Below, piece after piece: positions 39,101 to 48,100 of a DNA stretch of 64,000 nucleotides. The DNA is taken from contig NIVC01002907.1 in assembly GCA_002269645.1 (NCBI GenBank), forward strand, positions 60,204 to 124,203, in the 5' to 3' direction. Position 1 is the first letter of the stretch. Each line of letters starts with the position of its first letter. The notes under the pieces were generated by a model. It was not told where the DNA came from. It did no database searches and saw only the letters and a program-made list of their open reading frames with translations. A program made the translations under genes and the position numbers. The DNA is from Macrostomum lignano (Eukaryota).

Positions 39101-40963
39101 AAATCTGAATTCTCCGGACTTCTTCCGGGCGAGAACAATAGGGCAACTCCACTCAGATTCTGAGGGCTCAATCAAATCGTGCTCTAACAGCTGCTGCACA
39201 TGCCCACTAACAAATTCTCGTTGCTCAGGGCTTTGCTTGCGCAGGGGAATTCTGACTGGGATTTCATCGGTAGTCTCGATCTTGAATTCGCCCATCTGGG
39301 TCTTGCCGATATCCCACTGATCCTTCGAAACTATATTCTGATAACGATGTAATAATTCAATTACTTTTGCCTTCTGAGCTTCACTTAAATCGGTCTCGTT
39401 TAAGCGGAATTGCTTTCTAATTCTTTCTGCTTCTTGCATCGTGACTGCTGCCTTCTGCTGCTTCCGCGCACCTGCTTCTAAATCAGTTTCTGACATTGCG
39501 AAAAGTTCTACTTCTTCCTTCATCGGTTGATACTGCGCAACTACCTCATCCTTATGAATTGTCTGAGCGTCTTCTGTCAGGTTCATTAATCTAACGTAAG
39601 TTTCGCCGAATTCGTCTAATCTAGTAATAGCTTTGGCTACTAATGGCTCATCTTTCTCGCTAATTTGACTGCGGCCTGAAATGAAGCCGAGTTCTGCAGT
39701 TTCTGGAGTATCTTTACATTTAGCCTTGACATAAATTTCGCTCATCGGTGCTATAGATACTTTCTTGACTACTTGCAGTAGGACGCAACGCGTTTCATCA
39801 CTCGTTGTTACAAGCGGAATTCTGCGATCACTAAATTCTAAGGATTTTCCTGCTATATCTAATTTAATTTTATGCCTAGTTAACAAGTCGATGCCTATTA
39901 TTGATGATGTTAGTAAGCCTTCAGCAACATAGAATGGGTGCGTAATCTCGCAGTCCCCGAATCTGACGCGCAATGCTACTTGGCCTAGTAAATTTGAAGT
40001 TTGGCCATTGGCGGATCGCATATTCACTGAGCATGGCTTCAGACTATGATTTGCCGGATAGAGGCGCTGATATAATTTCTTATCGATTAGGCAATTTGAG
40101 GCGCCGGTGTCAACTAATATTTTTTCACTTAATCCGTTAATCTGGCTATCGAGGAATAATCCTGAATTCACTAATTGGCTAGATATGTCTGCTTCTACGG
40201 TCTTCTCTCGCTTCTCTGTTGCTTTCTTTTCAGCTGCCACATCTCGCTGGATGGCTGTCTCTAACTTCCTTAATTCTTGCTTCATTTCCCTAAGTTCAGC
40301 TCTAAGTTCTGCTGTCGTGGCACTCTTGTCAGGTTCTTCTTTCGTTGATTCTTCTTGGACTTTTTCTACCAAGCATTGGCGCAAGTCCTTCAATTCGGTT
40401 CTTAGATCTGATAATTCTTTTACTACCTTAGATTCGTCTGCTGAAGCTTTCTGTCCTTCCACCTCACTGAGTCTCAAGTCTATGCTGTTTAATGCGCTTC
40501 TCTGAGCTGCCGCAGCTTCGCTTCGTTTCTCTAATTCTTCTATCAATGCCTCTGACTGTCTAGCTAAGCTCGCTGACTTCTGTTTATCGATTTCTGCTAA
40601 TCTGCGTTCCTCGCTTGAGCAAATTTTAACATTGACCGCTCTCTGTTTCCTACTATGAGTAGTATCGTTAGTGCGAATAAATTTTACTGTCGCCCTCTGG
40701 CGCAGAAAATGCATAATTTCGTAATCAGTTGCTATATTAGTATTAGTCACATGAAAGAATATATCTCTATTATTGCTATCTCGCAGGAATCCGTAGCCTC
40801 TGTAATAATTATACCAAACTAAATTTCCATATTCTACATTGACTGAGCTGTCTTGCTGGTCCTCTACTGCTGCAGCTCTTCTATTGGGAGTGAATCTGTT
40901 TAGTGGCTGGGGGCGGTTGGCCCTCCCTTGGTGCCGCCCCGTCGGTAGTTTAAAGAATTTCTT
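36173..40963 (-). CDS. pol: Gypsy Pol polyprotein: cold-shock domain, coiled coil, aspartic protease, RT, RNase H, integrase (GPY); expressed by -1 frameshift from gag
   Basis: Frame is stop-free from 40963 (track starts only at GTG 40750). Motifs: LVDTGAS (D at 40109-40111), YLDD (38792-38803), RNase H LDVDAC/KEMFAL/RTDH, integrase H-H-C-C zinc motif, IDFAG/SDRG/ERM and KWVGPYRV. Confidence 0.95.
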   Translation of the reverse strand, partial: KKFFKLPTGRHQGRANRPQPLNRFTPNRRAAAVEDQQDSSVNVEYGNLVWYNYYRGYGFLRDSNNRDIFFHVTNTNIATDYEIMHFLRQRATVKFIRTNDTTHSRKQRAVNVKICSSEERRLAEIDKQKSASLARQSEALIEELEKRSEAAAAQRSALNSIDLRLSEVEGQKASADESKVVKELSDLRTELKDLRQCLVEKVQEESTKEEPDKSATTAELRAELREMKQELRKLETAIQRDVAAEKKATEKREKTVEADISSQLVNSGLFLDSQINGLSEKILVDTGASNCLIDKKLYQRLYPANHSLKPCSVNMRSANGQTSNLLGQVALRVRFGDCEITHPFYVAEGLLTSSIIGIDLLTRHKIKLDIAGKSLEFSDRRIPLVTTSDETRCVLLQVVKKVSIAPMSEIYVKAKCKDTPETAELGFISGRSQISEKDEPLVAKAITRLDEFGETYVRLMNLTEDAQTIHKDEVVAQYQPMKEEVELFAMSETDLEAGARKQQKAAVTMQEAERIRKQFRLNETDLSEAQKAKVIELLHRYQNIVSKDQWDIGKTQMGEFKIETTDEIPVRIPLRKQSPEQREFVSGHVQQLLEHDLIEPSESEWSCPIVLARKKSGEFRFCCDFRQLNNKTKKDSFPLPLIQESLESLAGNMYFSTLDMVGAYWSVKVRETDREKLAFRTHDGLFQWKVLPFGVTNGPACFQRIMQKILGDYAYKFALLYLDDVICTGKNFEEMLSNLELIFSRLADAGMKIKPEKTFLFRKEVTFLGHTVCQHGIYTSKDKIEKVQTWPRPENISELRGFLGLAGYYRRFIKDFARISEPLNNLTRKEVKYKWDDSCQKAFDLLKQKLVSAPVLSYPRFDSDAGPFILDVDACDVAIGGNLLQEQDGEEKVIAYASHPLNEHQLNYCTTMKEMFALIYFLEHYRPYLVGRRFKVRTDHAALQWLRKCHGAKGMLGRWNMILEQFDQFEVISRMEEYDFAIQYRQGIAHGNADALSRRPQRDGPPKRYHEECPTCSATKTATVHCGAINIDTPAGIVELQESQPELLLLKQKLRQGEPCPPKNEWVGMSRSYKSLFSDYEQLLVKNDIIYRNWIDSEGRKFEQTVLPENQALEQQLFRAYHDQMAHGGISKTKDLIRQRFWWPNYSTNLDRYIKTCTECQTRKKYGPKPRAPLEPEVSSYMGEKVHIDFAGPFNATARGNKYLLLMVDHFTGWLEVKALRDCTAESTAWALYTEWITRHGAPEAFISDRGTSFTAELVKSLTENFRIDLRHTTSYHPQANGRCERMVRVVKDGIRLAQSELSLAWDEVLPHALMVQRSTISESNKFSPFELVYGRKMRLPVDAELGLPAPERKTRDKHLHDLYKKCMESYRIAREKQQISVRRQKSNYDTKVFQQYYQPGDLVWIANTQNCYDTNRKWVGPYRVLEVRNNGKNLKIEPGPKVDRIEQPVRIHDVVTVDRTKPCYLSEEKLRQYREEEAGSASDDGSEESERVQVEIQRPERIRFLQRERAHEATESNMNRAVENTQTAANANQQTQASPAGSQARQIPVRTPPNLMHLSPVHSTPPQRAGTNNVSWIPRLRNRAAIRPPERYGYH
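40622..40837 (-). other. Cold-shock (OB-fold RNA-binding) domain at the N-terminus of the Pol frame
   Basis: Manual translation: VEYGNLVWYNYYRGYGFLRDSNNRDIFFHVTNTNIATDYEIMHFLRQRATVKFIRTNDTTHSRKQRAVNVKI; aligns to the CspA/Y-box pattern G.V.W.N..KGYGFI....DVFVH....L.....V.F......A.NV. Confidence 0.82.
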
Positions 40964-42135
40964 CTAGTTGAACAGTCTCTAGCCAGGTGAGTTTCTTCGC
41001 CGCACTCATAACAGGCCTTTCTCGCATTTGGCGCGTTCGCCCCCGAAGGTTTGAACCTGTCATTGGCCCCTCCGGCCTCGTGACCAAAGCGTGGCGGGCG
41101 TGTCATGGCGGGCCTGACAAATGGCGAAGACTGACGATTATAGGGTCTCGAGTAGCTGCTCATGTGATGCTGTGGCCGAAAGCTATTCGGAGGCTGCACT
41201 GGTGCCTGTGGCCTATAGCTTGGGTTCATTTGTCTATGGGCAAACCTGGGTTGCCATTGCCTGTAGTCGAACTGAGGCTGATGATTCTGGTACGATTGGT
41301 ACTGCGAAGGATAGTTGCTCGGGGAAGCAAACTGAGGTCCAAATGACTGGTGGCCTTGCCCCGTGCTGGGTGCTGCTACAGGCGTCTGTTCCTTCCCTAC
41401 TTGAGCCGTTAACGTATTCGAGCCCTCTTGCTTCCTTCTACTCTTTTGGCTACCTGGGTTTGCGAGTTCTTCGAGGATCTCCTCGTTCTTAGCTGCAGTC
41501 AATAAATCTTGAGTCTGATACTTCGATTCATGGGTTCTACGATAGGCAATAACTGCGCGCCTGACTTTATAATTTGCTATGCCGGCTTCAAATCGTTCAG
41601 AAACTCGCTCTCGAGCCTGATTCTCTAGTCCTGCTTTCCTAACTAATTCAACTAGTGCGTCGTAAAATTCTTCTAACGATTCGTCTTCCTTCTGCCTGCG
41701 GTTCATCAGCTCTAGCTTTGCTTCTTCCTTCTGTCCTACGGGCTTAAATTTGTCCTTTAAAGTCTTTTCGATGCTTTCGAAAGATTCGGTGCTCGCTAGG
41801 CCTAAGTTAATGTAAACCTTATAGGCGTCTTCGTCTAGGAGCGACAATAGCTGATACACTTTGGCCGATTCGTCTATACTGTTGCCTTGACAGTAGTTGT
41901 TGAAGATTCTTAGAAACAATTCGAAATCTGAGCCAAGTCGGTATGGCTTTGGCTTTGCTACGCTGTTATGCGACTTCAAAATCACTCTAGGTTCGGGATT
42001 TTCGGTTTCCATTCTTCTTATGCGATCCTGCAGTTCTCTCACTACTGTTCTCAAATGTTCGGCCTCATCTATTTCGCCTTCGTTCCTAATCTCAGCTGAC
42101 TTCGATTCCTGACTATTTTCTCCGTCTTGCGCCAT
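40900..42135 (-). CDS. gag: Gypsy Gag (411 aa) with a single CX2CX4HX4C zinc knuckle
   Basis: ATG at 42135; helical capsid-like region; CYECGEETHLARDC at 41013-40972. Confidence 0.92.
   Translation of the reverse strand: MAQDGENSQESKSAEIRNEGEIDEAEHLRTVVRELQDRIRRMETENPEPRVILKSHNSVAKPKPYRLGSDFELFLRIFNNYCQGNSIDESAKVYQLLSLLDEDAYKVYINLGLASTESFESIEKTLKDKFKPVGQKEEAKLELMNRRQKEDESLEEFYDALVELVRKAGLENQARERVSERFEAGIANYKVRRAVIAYRRTHESKYQTQDLLTAAKNEEILEELANPGSQKSRRKQEGSNTLTAQVGKEQTPVAAPSTGQGHQSFGPQFASPSNYPSQYQSYQNHQPQFDYRQWQPRFAHRQMNPSYRPQAPVQPPNSFRPQHHMSSYSRPYNRQSSPFVRPAMTRPPRFGHEAGGANDRFKPSGANAPNARKACYECGEETHLARDCSTRRNSLNYRRGGTKGGPTAPSH
40909..40954 (-). promoter_or_regulatory. -1 programmed ribosomal frameshift signal (T TTA AAC plus downstream GC-rich stem)
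   Basis: Slippery heptamer at 40954-40948 is in gag phase; pol is the -1 frame; GGGGCGG/CCGCCCC stem starts 7 nt downstream. Confidence 0.85.
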
Positions 42136-42642
42136 TGCTAAGTTTTAATCAATCGGAATTTCTATTACTGCAACTTCAGAAAGTACAACTTGTAAAGCTA
42201 TAACAATTTCAATGATCTAGCTCTCTATTGTATCTACTGAGCGGAATCGGTCGCCTCGCTCGCACTGGCAATAACTGATAAGAAAAACTGAATGTACACT
42301 GAGACAAATTCAACCGGTGTACTCTCTAGTGCGCGCACTCGCAGACTATGCTAATAAACACTAATAAAATTTTCAACTGTAAACAAAATCTACTTTCACA
42401 CGCAAGTTTCTATTAAAGTGCTAATTTTAGTTTTAGAAGGTCAATTTTATTTTTCCCACTCCTAAATCCTATTCAGTATTTTGGGGTAACTGGCCAACCG
42501 CAAAACCACACCTAATGCGGAATTGCTGCACACTGCGTGGTTGACGAAATAGCCGCTACGAGCCTGGAACAGACTCGTTGAATTTTAGTCTAAGCTTGCT
42601 CACTTAGAGCGCCTACCAATAAACTGCCGCCTGCTAACTATT

Positions 42643-42660
42643 GGATTCCCAGGGGCTCCA
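42643..42660 (-). promoter_or_regulatory. Primer-binding-site-like sequence TGGAGCCCCTGGGAATCC
   Basis: Starts with TGG 2 nt after the 5' LTR end (...TCACA ag TGG); priming tRNA not assignable by eye. Confidence 0.7.
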
Positions 42661-42662
42661 CT

Positions 42663-42983
42663 TGTGATAAATAGGCAATTAGATAATAGCATGCACGGTA
42701 AGCAATTATTTAGGCCCTAGACAAATCTACTTGGAGCGTTTGGAGATTTTAAAGCTATTAATCCTAATCGCCTATCGCCGGTCGGCGAGTCCTACCAGTC
42801 TTTCTCCAATAGCCGCAGGTACAGTACAAGAAAATAAAGAACACGAGGGAACACAAACCGAAAGATTTAGAGAGTGATAATCCTATTTCAAGAATAACTA
42901 ACTTGATTGACGGTTTAATTTGATTAGCTGAGTTACAAGATTTAGAGCAAATTCGCGGCGCAGATAATTAGACTGATAATAAC
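42663..42983 (-). mobile_element. 5' LTR, truncated to the 321-bp U5-side end
   Basis: Identical by eye to 33278-33598, then switches to satellite via ...GATAATAAC|AACAACAATCC. Confidence 0.93.
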
Positions 42984-44820
42984 AACAACAATCCAGGTGT
43001 CTTAATTGGAGTTGAATTGCAACAATCCAGGTGTCTTAATTCGAGTTGAATTGCAACAATCCACGTGTCTTAATTGGAGTTGAATTGCAACAATCCAGGT
43101 GTCTTAATTGGAGTTGAAATGCAACAATCCAGGTGTCTTATTTGGAGTTGAAATGCAACAATCCAGGTGTCTTATTTGGAGTTGAATTGCAACAATCCAC
43201 GTGTCTTAATTGGAGTTGAATTGCAACAATCCAGGTGTCTTATTTGGAGTTGAATTGCAACAATCCACGTGTCTTAATTGGAGTTGAAATGCAACAATCC
43301 ACGTGTCTTAATTGGAGTTGAATTGCAACAATCCAGGTGTCTTATTTGGAGTTGAATTGCAACAATCCAGGTGTCTTAATTGGAGTTGAATTGCAACAAT
43401 CCACGTGTCTTAATTGGAGTTGAATTGCAACAATCCACGTGTCTTAATTGGAGTTGAATTGCAACAATCCACGTGTCTTAATTGAAGTTGAAATGCAACA
43501 ATCCACGTGTCTTAATTGAAGTTGAATTGCAACAATCCACGTGTCTTAATTGGAGTTGAATTGCAATAATCCACGTGTTTTAATTGGAGTTGAATTGCAA
43601 CAATCCACGTGTCTTAATTGAAGTTGAAATGCAACAATCCACGTGTCTTAATTGGAGTTGAATTGCAACAATCCACGTGTCTTAATTGGAGTTGAATTGC
43701 AACAATCCAGGTGTCTTAATTGGAGTTGAATTGCAACTATCCAGGTGTCTTATTTGAAGTTGAATTGCAACAATCCAGGTGTCTTTTTTGGAGTTGAATT
43801 GCAACAATCCAGGTGTCTTAATTGGAGTTGAATTGCAACAATCCAGGTGTCTTATTTGGAGTTGAATTGCAACAATCCAGGTGTCTTATTTGGAGTTGAA
43901 TTGCAACAATCCAGGTGTCTTAATTGGAGTTGAAATGCAACAATCCAGGTGTCCTTTTTGGAGTTGAATTGCAACAATCCACGTGTCTTTTTTGGAGTTG
44001 AATTGCAACAATCCAGGTGTCTTATTTGAAGTTGAATTGCAACAATCCAGGTGTCTTAATTGGAGTTGAATTGCAACAATCCAGGTGTCTTAATTGGAGT
44101 TGAATTGCAACAATCCAGGTGTCTTAATTGGAGTTGAATTGCAACAATCCAGGTGTCTTAATTGGAGTTGAATTGCAACAATCCAGGTGTCTTAATTGGA
44201 GTTGAATTGCAACAATCCAGGTGTCTTATTTGGAGTTGAATTGCAACAATCCACGTGTCTTAATTGGAGTTGAATTGCAACAATCCACGTGTCTTAATTG
44301 AAGTTGAAATGCAACAATCCACGTGTCTTAATTGAAGTTAAAATGCAACAATCCACGAGTCTTAATTGGAGTTGAATTGCAACAATCCACGTGTCTTAAT
44401 TGGAGTTGAAATGCAACAATCCAGGTGTCTTAATTGGAGTTGAATTGCAACAATCCAGGTGTCTTATTTGGAGTTGAATTGCAACAATCCAGGTGTCTTA
44501 ATTGGAGTTGAAATGCAACAATCCAGGTGTCTTAATTGGAGTTGAAATGCAACAATCCAGGTGTCTTATTTGGAGTTGAATTGCAACAATCCACGTGTCT
44601 TAATTGGAGTTGAATTGCAACAATCCAGGTGTCTTAATTGAAGTTGAAATGCAACAATCCAGGTGTCTTATTTGGAGTTGAATTGCAACAATCCACGTGT
44701 CTTAATTGGAGTTGAAATGCAACAATCTACGTGTCTTAATTGGAGTTGAATTGCAACAATCCAGGTGTCTTAATTGGAGTTGAATTGCAACAATCCACGT
44801 GTCTTAATTGGAGTTGAAAT

Positions 44821-45141
44821 TGTGATAAATAGGCAATTAGATAATAGCATGCACGGTAAGCAATTATTTAGGCCCTAGACAAATCTACTTTGAGCGTTTG
44901 GAGATTTTAAAGCTATTAATCCTAATCGCCTATCGCCGGTCGGCGAGTCCTACCAGTCTTTCTCCAATAGCCGCAGGTACAGTACAAGAAAATAAAGAAC
45001 ACGAGGGAACACAAACCGAAAGATTTAGAGAGTGATAATCCTATTTCAAGAATAACTAACTTGATTGACGGTTTAATTTGATTAGCTGAGTTACAAGATT
45101 TAGAGCAAATTCGCGGCGCAGATAATTAGACTGATAATAAC
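44821..45141 (-). mobile_element. Orphan 321-bp LTR fragment in the satellite
   Basis: Same left junction as 33278 (TTGAAAT|TGTGATA) and same right junction as 42983; one G>T SNP near 44891. Confidence 0.93.
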
Positions 45142-48100
45142 AACAACAATCCACGTGTCTTAATTGGAGTTGAATTTCAACAATCCACGTGTCTTAATTG
45201 GAGTTGAATTGCAACAATCCAGGTGTCTTATTTGGAGTTGAATTGCAACTATCCACGTGTCTTATTTGGAGTTGAATTGCAACAATCCAGGTGTCTTTTT
45301 TGGAGTTGAATTGCAACAATCCAGGTGTCTTAATTGGAGTTGAATTGCAACAATCCAGGTGTCTTATTTGGAGTTGAATTGCAACAATCCAGGTGTCTTA
45401 TTTGGAGTTGAATTGCAACAATCCAGGTGTCTTAATTGGAGTTGAAATGCAACAATCCAGGTGTCCTTTTTGGAGTTGAATTGCAACAATCCACGTGTCT
45501 TTTTTGGAGTTGAATTGCAACAATCCAGGTGTCTTATTTGAAGTTGAATTGCAACAATCCAGGTGTCTTAATTGGAGTTGAATTGCAACAATCCAGGTGT
45601 CTTAATTGGAGTTGAATTGCAACAATCCAGGTGTCTTAATTGGAGTTGAATTGCAACAATCCAGGTGTCTTAATTGGAGTTGAATTGCAACAATCCAGGT
45701 GTCTTAATTGAAGTTGAATTGCAACAATCCAGGTGTCTTATTTGGAGTTGAATTGCAACAATCCACGTGTCTTAATTGGAGTTGAATTGCAACAATCCAC
45801 GTGTCTTAATTGAAGTTGAAATGCAACAATCCACGTGTCTTAATTGAAGTTAAAATGCAACAATCCACGAGTCTTAATTGGAGTTGAATTGCAACAATCC
45901 ACGTGTCTTAATTGGAGTTGAAATGCAACAATCCAGGTGTCTTAATTGGAGTTGAATTGCAACAATCCAGGTGTCTTATTTGGAGTTGAATTGCAACAAT
46001 CCAGGTGTCTTAATTGGAGTTGAAATGCAACAATCCACGTGTCTTAATTGGAGTTGAATTGCAACAATCCAGGTGTCTAAATTGAAGTTGAAATGCAACA
46101 ATCCAGGTGTCTTATTTGGAGTTGAATTGCAACAATCCACGTGTCTTAATTGGAGTTGAAATGCAACAATCTACGTGTCTTAATTGGAGTTGAATTGCAA
46201 CAATCCAGGTGTCTTAATTGGAGTTGAATTGCAACAATCCAGGTGTCTTAATTCGAGTTGAATTGCAACAATCCACGTGTCTTAATTGGAGTTGAATTGC
46301 AACAATCCACGTGTCTTAATTGGAGTTGAAATGCAACAATCCAGGTGTCTTAATTGGAGTTGAATTGCAACTATCCAGGTGTCTTATTTGGAGTTGAATT
46401 GCAACAATCCACGTGTCTTAATTGGAGTTGAATTGCAAAAATCCAGGTGTCTTATTTGGAGTTGAATTGCAACAATCCACGAGTCTTAATTGGAGTTGAA
46501 TTGCAACAATCCACGTGTCTTAATTGGAGTTGAAATGCAACAATCCAGGTGTCTTAATTGGAGTTGAATTGCAACAATCCAGGTGTCCTAGTTGGAGTTG
46601 AATTGCAACAATCCACGTGTCTTAATTGGAGTTGAATTGCAACAATCCACGTGTCTTAATTGAAGTTGAAATGCAACAATCCACGTGTCTTAATTGAAGT
46701 TAAAATGCAACAATCCACGAGTCTTAATTGGAGTTGAATTGCAACAATCCAGGTGTCTTAATTGGAGTTGAATTGCAACAATCCACGTGTCTTAATTGGA
46801 GTTGAAATGCAACAATCCAGGTGTCTTAATTGGAGTTGAATTGCAACAATCCAGGTGTCTTATTTGGAGTTGAATTGCAACAATCCAGGTGTCTTAATTG
46901 GAGTTGAAATGCAACAATCCACGTGTCTTAATTGGAGTTGAATTGCAACAATCCAGGTGTCTTAATTGAAGTTGAAATGCAACAATCCAGGTGTCTTATT
47001 TGGAGTTGAATTGCAACAATCCAGGTGTCTTAATTGGAGTTGAAATGCAACAATCTACGTGTCTTAATTGGAGTTGAATTGCAACAATCCAGGTGTCTTA
47101 ATTGGAGTTGAATTGCAACAATCCAGGTGTCTTAATTCGAGTTGAATTGCAACAATCCACGTGTCTTAATTAGAGTTGAATTGCAACAATCCACGTGTCT
47201 TAATTGGAGTTGAAATGCAACAATCCAGGTGTCTTATTTGGAGTTGAAATGCAACAATCCAGGTGTCTTATTTGGAGTTGAATTGCAACAATCCAGGTGT
47301 CTTAATTGGAGTTGAATTGCAACAATCCAGGTGTCATATTTGGAGTTGAATTGCAACAATCCACGTGTCTTAATTGGAGTTGAAATGCAACAATCCACGT
47401 GTCTTAATTGGAGTTGAATTGCAACAATCCAGGTGTCTTATTTGGAGTTGAATTGCAACAATCCAGGTGTCTTAATTGGAGTTGAATTGCAACAATCCAG
47501 GTGTCTTAATTGGAGTTGAATTGCAACAATCCAGGTGTCTTAATTGGAGTTGAATTGCAACAATCCACGTGTCTTAATTGAAGTTGAAATGCAACAATCC
47601 ACGTGTCTTAATTGAAGTTGAAATGCAACAATCCACGTGTCTTAATTGGAGTTGAATTGCAATAATCCACGTGTTTTAATTGGAGTTGAATTGCAACAAT
47701 CCACGTGTCTTAATTGAAGTTGAAATGCAACAATCCACGTGTCTTAATTGGAGTTGAATTGCAACAATCCACGTGTCTTAATTGGAGTTGAATTGCAACA
47801 ATCCAGGTGTCTTATTTGGAGTTGAATTGCAACTATCCAGGTGTCTTATTTGGAGTTGAATTGCAACAATCCAGGTGTCTTTTTTGGAGTTGAATTGCAA
47901 CAATCCAGGTGTCTTAATTGGAGTTGAATTGCAACAATCCAGGTGTCTTATTTGGAGTTGAATTGCAACAATCCACGTGTCTTAATTGGAGTTGAATTGC
48001 AACAATCCACGTGTCTTAATTGAAGTTGAAATGCAACAATCCACGTGTCTTAATTGAAGTTAAAATGCAACAATCCACGAGTCTTAATTGGAGTTGAATT

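Larger units (their letters stand above)
33278..42983 (-). mobile_element. Ty3/Gypsy LTR retrotransposon with intact gag and pol; 5' LTR truncated by satellite
   Basis: TG...CA LTRs, PBS-like site, PPT, gag with CCHC, and pol with PR-RT-RH-IN order (Gypsy order). Confidence 0.97.
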
